This document shows positions 7,837 through 17,803 of a DNA stretch of 43,707 bases, one piece after another; the first letter of the stretch is position 1; the number at the start of each line of letters is the position of its first letter. The notes under the pieces were generated by a model. That model had not been told where the DNA came from, did not search any database, and saw only the letters and a program-made list of their open reading frames with translations. Origin of the DNA: an uncultured Mycoplasmatota bacterium (lineage in GTDB: Bacteria; Bacillota_I; Bacilli_A; RF39; UBA660); NCBI GenBank assembly GCA_946630615.1, contig CAMOYX010000001.1:1-43707 (forward strand). The letters are read 5' to 3'. Made by a program: the position numbers and the translations under genes.

Positions 7837-9392
7837 TATTTAGCCTCCTCTTGTGCACGTGATTCACGAATAACTAAGATCTTGATTGTACCTGGATACT
7901 GCATCTCAGTTTCAATCTTTTTCTTCATGTCTCTTGCAATTTTAAAAGCTTGTGAATCATCTACTTCGTTAGGTTTAACCATAACACGTACTTCTCTACC
8001 GGCTTGCATTGCAAATGTTTTTTCAACACCTTCAAATGAGTTACCGATACTTTCTAATTCTTCTAATCTCTTAATATAGTTTTCTAAAGAATCATTTCTT
8101 GCACCAGGTCTTGCTGCAGATAAAGTATCTGCTATTTCAACTAATATTGAAATAATTGAAGTTTGAGCTGTATCACCATGGTGAGAAGCTATTGCATTTT
8201 GCACGATTGGATCTTCTTTATATTTCTTTGCTATAGATAAACCTAATTCTACATGTGAGCCTTCAACTTCAAAGTCTATGGCTTTACCTATATCGTGTAA
8301 TAAACCAGCTCTTTTAGCTAAGTTTATATTTTCACCAAGTTCACTTGCCATTAAGCCACATAATTGTCCAACTTCAATTGAATGTTTTAAGCAATTTTGA
8401 CCATAGCTTGTACGGAAATTTAATTTACCTATTAGGTGTACTAATTCTGGATCTACTTTAGATAGTCCAAGTTCATATAAAGCGTTATTACCTAATTCAG
8501 TAATTTTATTATCCATATCTTTTGTAACTCTATCGTATATTTCTTCTATACGTGCTGGATGGATTCTTCCATCTTTAATAAGAGTTTCAATAGTAATTCT
8601 TGCTATTTCTCTTCTTAATGGATCAAATGAAGATATTGAGATAGCTTCAGGAGTATCATCAATAATTAAATCTACACCTGTAACTGATTCGATAGTTCTT
8701 ATGTTTCTTCCTTCTCTACCGATTAATCTACCTTTCATTTCATCACTTGGTAATTGAATTGTTGAAACTGTTTGTTCTGTTGCAACATCATCAGAGTATC
8801 TTTCCATTGCTTCAACAATAATACTTTTAGCTTGTTCATTTGCTTTTAATCTAGCAATATGTTCTTGTTCTTTGATGTAGTCTGCTATTTCTTTGCTCAT
8901 TTCCTCTTCTGTCCTTTTCATAATTAGGTCGTGAGCTTTTTCTTTGGAGAATTTTGCTACTTCTTGTAAAGTAACCATTTCCTCTTTTAGTAGTTCGTCC
9001 ATCTTATTATTTTTTTCTTGTAATTCTTTTTGTTTAACTAATAAATTATTTTCTTTGTCATCTAGTGACATGTCTCTTTTTTGTAGAAGTTCATCTCTTT
9101 TATCAAGACTTGCTTCTCTTTCATGTAAGCGATTTTGTTCCGCAGCTATTTCTGCTTTTTTTTCTTTAACTTCTTTATCTGTTTCTTGTTTTATTCTATA
9201 ACTTTCTTCTTTTAGTTCAAGAAGTCTATCTCTTTTTTCTTTTTCAGCTTCACGTTTTGCTTTTTCTAAAAACTTATCAGCCTTTGATTTAGTGCTTTTA
9301 TGATAAATATAACTGAATAGGACAGATAAGGCTATACCTACCACTAAGCCAAGAATTAAAGTTAAGATGGGCTCATGATTCATTGGTCCCAT
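7836..9392 (-). CDS. rny: Ribonuclease Y
   Basis: N-terminal TM segment, a long coiled coil, a KH domain ([13 protein letters not shown]) and an HD domain (LLHDIGKA ... ASHHGD). RBS AAGGAG lies 6 nt before ATG 9392. Confidence 0.93.
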   Translation of the reverse strand: MGPMNHEPILTLILGLVVGIALSVLFSYIYHKSTKSKADKFLEKAKREAEKEKRDRLLELKEESYRIKQETDKEVKEKKAEIAAEQNRLHEREASLDKRDELLQKRDMSLDDKENNLLVKQKELQEKNNKMDELLKEEMVTLQEVAKFSKEKAHDLIMKRTEEEMSKEIADYIKEQEHIARLKANEQAKSIIVEAMERYSDDVATEQTVSTIQLPSDEMKGRLIGREGRNIRTIESVTGVDLIIDDTPEAISISSFDPLRREIARITIETLIKDGRIHPARIEEIYDRVTKDMDNKITELGNNALYELGLSKVDPELVHLIGKLNFRTSYGQNCLKHSIEVGQLCGLMASELGENINLAKRAGLLHDIGKAIDFEVEGSHVELGLSIAKKYKEDPIVQNAIASHHGDTAQTSIISILVEIADTLSAARPGARNDSLENYIKRLEELESIGNSFEGVEKTFAMQAGREVRVMVKPNEVDDSQAFKIARDMKKKIETEMQYPGTIKILVIRESRAQEEAK

Positions 9393-9513
9393 AATAAACT
9401 CCTTTTCTTTAATAGTTGTATTTAAAATAATACAATCTATGATTTTATTATAAGAAAGAATAATTTATTTTACAAGGAAAACAAGGAATATAAAAAGAAT
9501 GCTTAAAGCATTC

Positions 9514-10167
9514 TTAGTATAGTTTAGAAGCTATTGTCATTCCTGGTTTAACATTTAAATAATCAGATGCTTCTTTAGTTATTATTTCTTTTGAGGTTGC
9601 TTCTTTTGTAGCTGTTTTATATACATTTGCTACATCTAGATATATTCCATCTTCAATTAGAGTATTGTTATTTATAAATATATAGAATAATAATGTTACA
9701 TTATCTTCTATTTTTTCATAGCCAATTATAGTTTTAATATTACCATCATTTTTTTCTATATAATTAAATGATAAGTCATTTATTTCTTTAGTATTAATAA
9801 TATAATTATTATTTCTAATAGCTGTTTCTATGTTATTTAATGAAGTATTTGGTAATACGTTAAATGCATATATAGCATTGTAGGCATTGTCGTAATACAT
9901 ATTCTCTATACCTAGTAGATTAATTTCTTCATCTTCTGTAGTTTCTGATATTAATCTATTTGGTATTTCAATACTATAACCATTTATATTTGTAGTTAAT
10001 GTTTCTTTTACTACTTCTGTTTCTTTTGGTTCTTCTTTTATTTCTATTGGTTTAGCATCATTTATATCTTTTATTATAGTGAATGTTAATATAGTAATTA
10101 TTACTATAAGTATTAAAACTATTATATAAAATACTATCTTATTCTTCTTTTTTGATGTGTTGTTCAT
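9514..10167 (-). CDS. Membrane-anchored hypothetical protein
   Basis: N-terminal TM segment IVFYIIVLILIVIITILTFTII with no motif I recognise. Hairpin AAGAATGCTT/AAGCATTCTT at 9492-9515 follows it. Confidence 0.5.
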   Translation of the reverse strand: MNNTSKKKNKIVFYIIVLILIVIITILTFTIIKDINDAKPIEIKEEPKETEVVKETLTTNINGYSIEIPNRLISETTEDEEINLLGIENMYYDNAYNAIYAFNVLPNTSLNNIETAIRNNNYIINTKEINDLSFNYIEKNDGNIKTIIGYEKIEDNVTLLFYIFINNNTLIEDGIYLDVANVYKTATKEATSKEIITKEASDYLNVKPGMTIASKLY

Positions 10168-10246
10168 TTTTACTACCTTCTATTCTCATATATTAAAATA
10201 CTAACATATTTATTTATATAAAAAAAGAGATTATAAAATCTCTTTG

Positions 10247-11278
10247 TTAACTATTTTTTAATTCTTCTTTTTCTTCTTTAGTTGGTTTATCAAAGCCATA
10301 GTGTAATCTTACTTTATGTTCTAATTCTTCTTTTAAGTTTTTATCTGACTTAAGAATTGATTTAAAGTTTTCTCTACCTTGAGCAATCTTTTCACCCTTG
10401 TATGAGTACCATGCACCTGATTTTTCTACTATACCTAAGTCTGATGCCATATCTACTATTTCACCAGCATGAGATACACCTTCACCATACATAATATCAA
10501 CTACTGCAGTTTTAAATGGTGGAGCTACTTTATTCTTTACAATTTTAACATTTGTTTTGTTACCTATAACGTTTGCTCCATCTTTAATTTGTTCTCCTCT
10601 TCTTACATCAAGTCTAACTGACGAATAGAATTTTAGAGCACGTCCACCTGGAGTAGTTTCTGGATTTCCAAATAATACTCCAACTTTTTCTCTTAATTGG
10701 TTAATAAAAATTGCTGTAGTGTTTGTTTTATTAATAGTACCTGATAGTTTTCTTAGAGCTTGAGACATAAGTCTTGCTTGTAAGCCTACGTGAGAGTCTC
10801 CCATGTCTCCATCAATTTCTGCTTGAGGAACTAGTGCTGCGACAGAGTCTATAACAATAATATTTACTGCTTCACTTCTAACTAGTGCTTCACATATTGC
10901 TAGAGCTTGTTCACCAGTGTCTGGTTGAGATAATAATAACTCATTTATATTAACGCCTAAGTTTTTAGCATATACAGGATCTAGAGCGTGTTCTGCATCT
11001 ATGAATGCTGCTCTTCCTCCATTTTTTTGACATTCAGCAATTGCATGAAGTGCAAATGTAGTTTTACCAGATGATTCTGGTCCAAAGATTTCTATAATTC
11101 TTCCTTTTGGATAACCACCTACGCCTAAGGCAACATCAAGTGCTAGAGAACCTGATGAAGTAACTTCTACTTCCATGTGTGAGTTATCACCAAGTTTCAT
11201 TATGGCACCTTTACCAAATTGTTTTTCTATACTTTTTAAGACTTCTTCTAAAGCCGCATCGTTTTTATTTGTTTTCAT
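10247..11278 (-). CDS. recA: Recombinase RecA
   Basis: Walker [10 protein letters not shown], and sequence typical of RecA throughout. Terminator AGAGATT/AATCTCT plus T-run at 10220-10243. Confidence 0.97.
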   Translation of the reverse strand: MKTNKNDAALEEVLKSIEKQFGKGAIMKLGDNSHMEVEVTSSGSLALDVALGVGGYPKGRIIEIFGPESSGKTTFALHAIAECQKNGGRAAFIDAEHALDPVYAKNLGVNINELLLSQPDTGEQALAICEALVRSEAVNIIVIDSVAALVPQAEIDGDMGDSHVGLQARLMSQALRKLSGTINKTNTTAIFINQLREKVGVLFGNPETTPGGRALKFYSSVRLDVRRGEQIKDGANVIGNKTNVKIVKNKVAPPFKTAVVDIMYGEGVSHAGEIVDMASDLGIVEKSGAWYSYKGEKIAQGRENFKSILKSDKNLKEELEHKVRLHYGFDKPTKEEKEELKNS

Positions 11279-11313
11279 GAATAACCTCCCAGTTAATGTG
11301 TTTCACAGTTCTC

Positions 11314-11342
11314 ATTTTATATTAGTAAATATTGGATGTCAA
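11314..11342 (-). promoter_or_regulatory. Putative sigma-A promoter of recA
   Basis: Minus strand: TTGACA (11342..11337), 17-nt spacer, TAAAAT (11319..11314). Confidence 0.5.
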
Positions 11343-11353
11343 GAATTAATATC

Positions 11354-11365
11354 AAACATTTGTTT
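11354..11365 (-). promoter_or_regulatory. Possible degenerate LexA (Cheo-type) box upstream of recA
   Basis: AAAC-N4-GTTT (plus strand aaacatttgttt) against the GAAC-N4-GTTC consensus, one mismatch per half-site. It lies just upstream of the -35. Confidence 0.25.
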
Positions 11366-11483
11366 TGTATGTTTTTATATTCAGATTTATATAAATTTTC
11401 TATAGCAAAAGTGTGTTTATTTGAATCTTTAATTTTACAAATTTAAGGTAATCTATAAAAACTATTAAATAAAAAAAATTGGA

Positions 11484-12062
11484 TTAATCCAATTTTCTAT
11501 ATTTAAAGTAATGACTAATTGCACTTATCAAGTACGTTACTACACCTATATCAATTAGTAGATCTGCAACATATATTCCAAATGCTTCAAATGGTAAGTT
11601 ATAGAATAACATTAAGGCTGATCCTAAGAATATTAATAAAATAGATAACTTATCTAGTTTATTTGGTAGAAGTTTTTCTCTTTTATCTAAATATAATGGT
11701 CTTAGAGTCATTATTAATATTTCTCTAGTTATTAATATAATTGGTACAATTACATTTATAAATCCGTAGAATGATAATGTAGTTATTGTTATTAATATTA
11801 ATAGACTAGTTGCAAAGTTTGAAAGACTTCTTGTTTTTAATTCGTAGTTTCTTCTTGAAATACTATTTCCTAGGTAGTATAGAACTATTTCTATTACATA
11901 TAGAAATCCTGCAATTAAAAATTTTACATCTACTAGTATTTTTCCCATTACTAAGATTTCTTTAGTATTTATTCCTATTTCATTAAAAGGGAATGATATA
12001 ACTAATAGAATTATTATAGTTAAGATTATTCTTGTTACTGATAATTTATTTGCTAGATTCAT
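11484..12062 (-). CDS. PgsA-like CDP-alcohol phosphatidyltransferase homolog lacking the catalytic Asp motif
   Basis: Start at ATG 12062 (RBS GGAGG). MNLANKLSVTRIIL, ITREILIMTLR and FYNLPFE align with PgsA. The region where DxxDGxxAR...G...D...D should sit reads IEIVLYYLGNSISRRNYELKTRSLSNFATSLL. It occupies the position conserved for pgsA, between the rodZ-like gene and recA. Confidence 0.7.
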   Translation of the reverse strand: MNLANKLSVTRIILTIIILLVISFPFNEIGINTKEILVMGKILVDVKFLIAGFLYVIEIVLYYLGNSISRRNYELKTRSLSNFATSLLILITITTLSFYGFINVIVPIILITREILIMTLRPLYLDKREKLLPNKLDKLSILLIFLGSALMLFYNLPFEAFGIYVADLLIDIGVVTYLISAISHYFKYRKLD

Positions 12063-12063
12063 T

Positions 12064-12504
12064 CTAACCTCCAATTATTGATATAGTAATAATAGCCCAT
12101 GTTAGGATTAAGAACATAGTTAATCCTATTATTATGTTTACCATTACATAAAATTTATCACTGTGTTTTTTTGATGGTTTAGTATAAGGACTTGGTACTG
12201 TTTGTTCTTGTTCTTTAATTTGTTTTTCTACTTCTTTTTCAATATCTTTTAAAGGTATCTTAGAAGTATATTCAAATATATATTCATTAAAATCATTTAT
12301 GATTTCATCTTCATTTAAACCTAAGTATTTAGCGTATGTACGTATATTATCTCTTAGTTCATATATATTTTTAAATGAACCTATAGTACCTGCTTCAATA
12401 TTTTCTAATACTACATCTTTGATATTTAAGTCCTTGCTCGCTTCTTCTATAGATACTAGAGATGAAGTACGAGTAGTTTTTAGCTTTTCTCCTATCCCAT
12501 TCAT
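12064..12504 (-). CDS. rodZ: RodZ/YmfM-like HTH (XRE) membrane protein
   Basis: N-terminal HTH IGEKLKTTRTSSLVSIEEASKDLNIK, a C-terminal TM segment, and a position immediately upstream of the pgsA-like gene as in Bacilli. It is short and lacks a large extracellular domain. Confidence 0.55.
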   Translation of the reverse strand: MNGIGEKLKTTRTSSLVSIEEASKDLNIKDVVLENIEAGTIGSFKNIYELRDNIRTYAKYLGLNEDEIINDFNEYIFEYTSKIPLKDIEKEVEKQIKEQEQTVPSPYTKPSKKHSDKFYVMVNIIIGLTMFLILTWAIITISIIGG

Positions 12505-12529
12505 ATAAACACTTACTTTCTTATTAAAA

Positions 12530-12868
12530 AAAATAACTTATAAGCCTTGTTCTGTACGAGTAAACTCGCGACAAATATTTATCTACCTTTCGGTCTCATG
12601 ATTTGTTTTAATTCCATTTCATGAGCTCCCCTACCAAATTTGGGTTTCTTGCGTGTGGGGTTTACCACGTTCCACTTCCGGGATTGCTCCCTTCTTCGTC
12701 ACTTTGGCACTTTATGGCTAATTTAATCCCAGGGGGATTATTTCGCCGCCGTTAGCTAAATAGCTACCTAGGGTTATTTATTCCCCTAGCACATAAACTA
12801 CAATCATTTCAGATTGTGCAAGCAAGGACTTTCCTCAAGCACACTAGGTACCAGCATTTGTCCAGTTA
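12530..12868 (-). ncRNA. rnpB: RNase P RNA
   Basis: Relatively GC-rich non-coding island. The minus strand contains the universal P4 motifs GAGGAAAGTCC (reverse complement of 12824-12834) and ACAGAACAAGGCTTA (reverse complement of 12541-12555). P1-like pairing ATAACT/AAGTTAT at the ends. Adjacent to gpsB, as in Bacillus. Ends are approximate. Confidence 0.88.
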
Positions 12869-12877
12869 TTTTTTTAA

Positions 12878-13210
12878 TTAATCTTCTCTATTAAATTTAG
12901 AGTATACAATTTTCTCTAGTTGGCTTAATCTTCTCATGATGTCTAAGTTTGAAACTTCTTCTTCGTGAGAAGGTTTAGAATCTAATTTAGTTTCTAAAGA
13001 ACGGTTTTCTTTCTTTAGATTTTCTATTTCTTCTTCTAAAGCTTTAATTTCTTTTGCTTGACGACGAATCATTTTAGTAAATTCTGTATAATCCATGATT
13101 ACTTCATCAAGAAAATGGTCAACCTCTTGTGGTCTATATCCTTTCGCATCAATTTTAAATTCTTTTTCAACTATCTCTTCAGGGGAAAGTTTAATTTTTT
13201 CATTTAACAC
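12878..13210 (-). CDS. gpsB: Cell-cycle protein GpsB (DivIVA-domain)
   Basis: LNEKIKLSPEEIVEKEFKIDAKGYRPQEVDHFLDEVIMDY plus a coiled coil. Start placed at GTG 13210 (RBS AAGGAAG 8 nt upstream) rather than the upstream TTG of the track ORF. Confidence 0.85.
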   Translation of the reverse strand: MLNEKIKLSPEEIVEKEFKIDAKGYRPQEVDHFLDEVIMDYTEFTKMIRRQAKEIKALEEEIENLKKENRSLETKLDSKPSHEEEVSNLDIMRRLSQLEKIVYSKFNRED

Positions 13211-13317
13211 AAGTATCACTTCCTTAATAAATATTATCAAAACTTATAATTATAGTCAATTAAGTCTATCTTTTAATAATACTTTATTTATAGTATAATC
13301 TTTGGACAGGTGATTTA

Positions 13318-13884
13318 ATGAATTATCCTAATAATATTAAAAAAGTTAAAACTGCTAACAAAGTTATTACCTATGGAAACAGAGGTATGGGACTAGAAAG
13401 TTTAATTAATGAATCTTGTGAATATTATAATGAAGTTGATAGAGCTTTAATTTATAAGAAGCCTACTCCAATAGGTATAAGTGAAGCAAGTTATAACAGT
13501 AAAGGTAGAGTTATTAAAAATGGTTACTTTAAAGCTCCATCCACACTTGATTACAACGGTATATATAAAAATAAATATATAGAATTTGAAGCTAAGGAAA
13601 CAAGTAATAAAACTAGTTTTCCACTATCAAATTTTCATGAGCATCAAATAAAATATATACCTCGAGTATTGGCTCATGGAGGAATTTGTTTTATAATAAT
13701 GAAGATAAATAATATAATCTACTTAATAAAAGGAAGTGACTTTATCTCTTTTATTAATAATAATGAAAGAAAAAGTATTCCTTATGATTGGATAGTTAAA
13801 AATGGATTTGTAATCAAAGAAGGTTACAATCCAGCTTTAAACTACTTAGATGTTGTAGATGAAGTTTATTTTGAAGGAGAATAA
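13318..13884 (+). CDS. recU: Holliday junction resolvase RecU
   Basis: Typical RecU sequence (GNRGMGLESLINESCEYYN ... DYNGIY ... FEAKET). Conserved recU-ponA pairing, divergent from gpsB. Confidence 0.9.
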   Translation: MNYPNNIKKVKTANKVITYGNRGMGLESLINESCEYYNEVDRALIYKKPTPIGISEASYNSKGRVIKNGYFKAPSTLDYNGIYKNKYIEFEAKETSNKTSFPLSNFHEHQIKYIPRVLAHGGICFIIMKINNIIYLIKGSDFISFINNNERKSIPYDWIVKNGFVIKEGYNPALNYLDVVDEVYFEGE

Positions 13885-13887
13885 AAA

Positions 13888-16539
13888 ATGGCGAAGAAAA
13901 AATTGAAATTAAAAAGCCCTACTCAAATTAAAGAAGCTTTAAGTAAGAATAAAGAAACTAAAAATAAAACCAAGAAGAAAAGAAAGAAAAGAAATCTTCA
14001 TATAGGTAGAAAGCTTCTTACTCTTATAGTATTTGGTTTAATACTTGCTGCAGTTTCTACTATTGCATTTGGACTTTATATAGTATTTACTGCACCAGAA
14101 TTTACACAAGAAGCCTTATATAATAAGGAAGCTAGTGTAATTTACTTTAAAGATGGATCAGTAATGACTAGACTAGGTTCAGAAAACCGTGTTATTAAGT
14201 CATACGAAGAATATCCTCAAGTACTTGTTGATGCATTAATAGCAACAGAAGACTCAAGATTCTTCCAACATAATGGTCTTGATGCAGCTCGTTTTATTAA
14301 AGCTACTCTAGGTCAATTTGCAGGACACTCTGATGCCGGTGGTGCATCTACTTTATCAATGCAACTTGCAAAGAATAACTTTAATGGTTCTGAATCAAGT
14401 GGTTTAGAAGGTATCATTCGTAAGTTCAAAGATATCTATATGGCCGTATTTAAAATAGAAAAGAATTATACTAAAGAAGAAATTATAGAAATGTATTTAA
14501 ACTCTTTATGGTTTGCTGGTGGAGACACTAATACTGGTGGTATCTATGGTGTTGAACAAGCTTCTAAATACTTCTTTAATAAATCTGTAAGTGATTTAAC
14601 ACTACCAGAAGCTGCAATGCTTGTTGGTATGGTTAATAACCCTACAATTTATAGTCCATACATTTATCCTGAGTATGCAGAAGATAGAAAAGATACAGTA
14701 TTATCATTAATGAATAGACATGGGTATATTACTGAAGAAGAAATGAAGGATGCTCAAAATATTGATATTAATACTTTAGTTGTTAAGAAATCTTCTTCTA
14801 CTACTTCTCCATATCAAGTATTAGTTGATTATGTTAAAGATGAAATCTTAGATAAAGAAGGAATAGACATTTATACCAATAGTTATAATGTATACACTAC
14901 TTTTGATAGAAATGTTCAAGATGTAATTAATAACATGCAAAATGGTGCTGCTACAGAATTTAGAGATGAATTAGTACAAGTTGGTGTAGCTGTTACTTCT
15001 ATAAGTGATGGATCTATTTCAGGTTTAGGACCAGGTAGACATTATGTAGCTCAAGGTGATAATAGAGCAACAACTAGAAACCAACCAGGTTCTACTATTA
15101 AGCCTTTAATCGATTATGGTCCATTAATTGAATATAATAACGCATCTTCTTCACAAATGTTTCTAGATGTTAACTATACCTACAATGCTGGTGGTACAGT
15201 TAATAACTGGGATATGTCACATAAAGGTGCAATGACTATGAAAGATGCTTTATCTGCATCAAGAAATGTTACTGCTGTACAAGCATATCAAATGAATAAT
15301 AAAGATAATATTAAGAAGTTCTTAAATGGACTTGGAATTGATGAAGATAATTATGGTTCGGGTGGTTTGTTTGAATCATTTGCAATTGGTGGTTTACCTT
15401 ATGGTTTATCTCCATTAGAGTCAAGTGCTGCTTACGCTGCATTCTCAAGAGGCGGAGATTATATCACTCCTTACTCTTATACAAAGTTAGAAAATACTGA
15501 AACTCAAGAAGTAATTGAATTTAAACCAACAAGAACAAAAGCTATGAGTAAAGAAACTGCTTGGATGGTGACTGATATGTTACTTCAAGCTACAAGAGAA
15601 GGTGTTGGTGGAAATATTTCTTATAACTTAAGAGGTACAATCGCATCTAAATCTGGTACAACAAATATTTCTTCATCTGATGCAAGTGCTAAGGGTGTAT
15701 CTGTATACACTACTCCAGATCACTGGGTTAATACTTATAATAGTAAATATGCTATTTCTATGTGGTATGGATATGATAAGAAAGATATGGATGGAGATCA
15801 CTACTTAACAAGTAACTCTGGTACTGCTGCAAGAGGTGCTATATCTGCATATCTTGCAAATAACATATTAACTACAGGTGAAACATTTAACAAACCTGAT
15901 AGTGTTATTCAAGTATCTGTAGAAAAAGACTTATTACCATTAAAGAAAGCTAGTGAATATACTCCTGAATCTTTAAAAACAACAGCTTACTTCAAATCAG
16001 GTACTGAACCAGCTGAAACATCTAAGAGATTCTCTAAATTAGATAATCCAAGTAATGTAGAAGCTACTAAGAAGAGTGATACAATTATTAGAGTAACTTG
16101 GGATGCAATAAGTGGTAACAGTGGTTACTCAGCTGATCAAGCTAAAGTAGATTTAGCAAATTACTTTAAAGATTTCAAAGCTAATTATCCAAATAGTTAT
16201 CAAACATTTGAAACAGCTTACTTAAATTCATTTAAGACTAACCTTTCTTCATATGTTGGAGAATTAGGATATATAGTAACTGTAACTGATCCAAGTGGTA
16301 ATACTACTACACTTAACTGGACTAAAGATACTTCTCTAGATTATAAGTTTAGTAAAGCTGGTAAATATACATTTAGTGTTAAAGCAAGTTATAGTATTTT
16401 AAAAACAAATCAATCTAGTCCTGTAACAGCAACTATTACAATAAAAGATACAACTAAGACTGAGACAGAAAAGACTACTGATACAAGTAATAACACTACT
16501 ACAACTACTAAGCCTAAAACTGGTAATGGTTTAGATTAA
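13888..16539 (+). CDS. ponA: Class A penicillin-binding protein (PBP1A-type glycosyltransferase/transpeptidase) with C-terminal Fn3-like and Thr-rich extension
   Basis: GT51 motifs EDSRFFQHNGLD and GASTLSMQL. Transpeptidase motifs STIKP (SxxK), SRN (SxN) and KSGTT (KTG). N-terminal TM anchor. Confidence 0.93.
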   Translation: MAKKKLKLKSPTQIKEALSKNKETKNKTKKKRKKRNLHIGRKLLTLIVFGLILAAVSTIAFGLYIVFTAPEFTQEALYNKEASVIYFKDGSVMTRLGSENRVIKSYEEYPQVLVDALIATEDSRFFQHNGLDAARFIKATLGQFAGHSDAGGASTLSMQLAKNNFNGSESSGLEGIIRKFKDIYMAVFKIEKNYTKEEIIEMYLNSLWFAGGDTNTGGIYGVEQASKYFFNKSVSDLTLPEAAMLVGMVNNPTIYSPYIYPEYAEDRKDTVLSLMNRHGYITEEEMKDAQNIDINTLVVKKSSSTTSPYQVLVDYVKDEILDKEGIDIYTNSYNVYTTFDRNVQDVINNMQNGAATEFRDELVQVGVAVTSISDGSISGLGPGRHYVAQGDNRATTRNQPGSTIKPLIDYGPLIEYNNASSSQMFLDVNYTYNAGGTVNNWDMSHKGAMTMKDALSASRNVTAVQAYQMNNKDNIKKFLNGLGIDEDNYGSGGLFESFAIGGLPYGLSPLESSAAYAAFSRGGDYITPYSYTKLENTETQEVIEFKPTRTKAMSKETAWMVTDMLLQATREGVGGNISYNLRGTIASKSGTTNISSSDASAKGVSVYTTPDHWVNTYNSKYAISMWYGYDKKDMDGDHYLTSNSGTAARGAISAYLANNILTTGETFNKPDSVIQVSVEKDLLPLKKASEYTPESLKTTAYFKSGTEPAETSKRFSKLDNPSNVEATKKSDTIIRVTWDAISGNSGYSADQAKVDLANYFKDFKANYPNSYQTFETAYLNSFKTNLSSYVGELGYIVTVTDPSGNTTTLNWTKDTSLDYKFSKAGKYTFSVKASYSILKTNQSSPVTATITIKDTTKTETEKTTDTSNNTTTTTKPKTGNGLD

Positions 16540-16567
16540 AAAAAGAGGATTTTAATCCTCTTTTTTG
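16538..16567. terminator. Bidirectional terminator between ponA and nth
   Basis: Stem AAGAGGATT / AATCCTCTT flanked by an A-run and a T-run. Confidence 0.7.
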
Positions 16568-17181
16568 TTTGTCTTATAATAATTACAATACTTTTTTAAT
16601 TTACATTCATTACAGTTTGGATTTATAGATTTACATAAATTCCTTCCAAAGTATATTAATTTATGATGAGTATCTAGTATAAATTCACTTGGAAAGAAAC
16701 TTTCTAGAATACTCTCTATTTCTTCTAGAGTATTATTTTCACTAGCTAAACCAAGTCTTAAAGATATTCTTTTAACATGAGTATCTACTGGCATCTTTTT
16801 TTCGTTAAATATCATAGCTCTAAAAAGATTAGTAGTTTTTATTCCTATTCCATCTAAAGACAATAAAAACTCTTCATTATTTGGAATAGTATCGTTATAT
16901 TCTTTTAGTTTATTTGCAATGCTAACTATATATTTTGATTTCTTAGTTTGATTGCCTATAGGTTTTAGAATACTTTCTATATCTTTAATATTTGCATTTC
17001 TATAGTCTTCTATAGTTTTATATTTATTAAATAAAATATTTGTTACTTTATTAACTGATTCATCTTTAGTTTGAGCTGAAAGCATTATAGCTATTAGTAA
17101 TTCAAATGGATTACTATAGTTAAGCATGCATTTAGCATTGTGATACTTTTCATCTAGAAAGGTTAATATATCATTTTTCAT
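16552..17181 (-). CDS. nth: Endonuclease III
   Basis: HhH-GPD sequence (LDGIGIKTTNL) and the 4Fe-4S cluster loop C-x6-C-x2-C-x5-C (CKSINPNCNECKLKKYC). Start chosen at MKNDILTFLDEKY by alignment with Nth N-termini. The track ORF extends to 17205. Confidence 0.85.
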   Translation of the reverse strand: MKNDILTFLDEKYHNAKCMLNYSNPFELLIAIMLSAQTKDESVNKVTNILFNKYKTIEDYRNANIKDIESILKPIGNQTKKSKYIVSIANKLKEYNDTIPNNEEFLLSLDGIGIKTTNLFRAMIFNEKKMPVDTHVKRISLRLGLASENNTLEEIESILESFFPSEFILDTHHKLIYFGRNLCKSINPNCNECKLKKYCNYYKTNKKED

Positions 17182-17803
17182 TGTCTGATAACCAATCATA
17201 GTCAAATAGATCTAGATCTCTATCATCATTTTTCTTAAGACCTTTTTCTACATCTTCTAGTTTTTTATAGCCTTTCTTTTCCCATTCAAATAATATTCTA
17301 TCTATATATCTTAGAGAGTTTACTCCATTATAAACAGCTTCTTTTAAGGCTCCTTTTATTAATTCTTCAGGATAATCTTTATCTAACCATCCAGTTATTA
17401 TTTCATATTCTATATTAGATAAGGCTCTACCTAATTCTCTTTGAAATATATCGTAGATAGTTTCATTTGATTTATTCTTCTCTTCATTTACCTTTTCTTC
17501 ATTTATTTCTTTATATAGAGGTTTTAGAGAGATAACTTCAGATTGACGATTATTAGAATCCTTTCTTGTTTCTAAGTTTATTAGTTTTAATGTTAATAAG
17601 TGATTGAATGCTTCATATATTTGTGTTTCTTTAACATGAAGTACTTCACATAGTTTAGTTACATCAAATTCTTTAGTGTCATCATTTTCATAGTAAGTTA
17701 AAAATAATAATTCAGTTATATTTAATTCATATTTAGATGAATACTTAATAAGATGATCTGAAAGCACAAACATTTTTTCACCTAGACAAGATGAGTTATT
17801 CAT
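17171..17803 (-). CDS. dnaD: DnaD-domain replication initiation/membrane attachment protein
   Basis: C-terminal DnaD/DnaB_2 repeat motif (IYDIFQRELGRALSNIEYEIITGWL ... YIDRILFEWEKKG). Conserved dnaD-nth adjacency. An alternative start at ATG 17773 (RBS AGGTGA) is possible. Confidence 0.8.
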   Translation of the reverse strand: MNNSSCLGEKMFVLSDHLIKYSSKYELNITELLFLTYYENDDTKEFDVTKLCEVLHVKETQIYEAFNHLLTLKLINLETRKDSNNRQSEVISLKPLYKEINEEKVNEEKNKSNETIYDIFQRELGRALSNIEYEIITGWLDKDYPEELIKGALKEAVYNGVNSLRYIDRILFEWEKKGYKKLEDVEKGLKKNDDRDLDLFDYDWLSDNEK

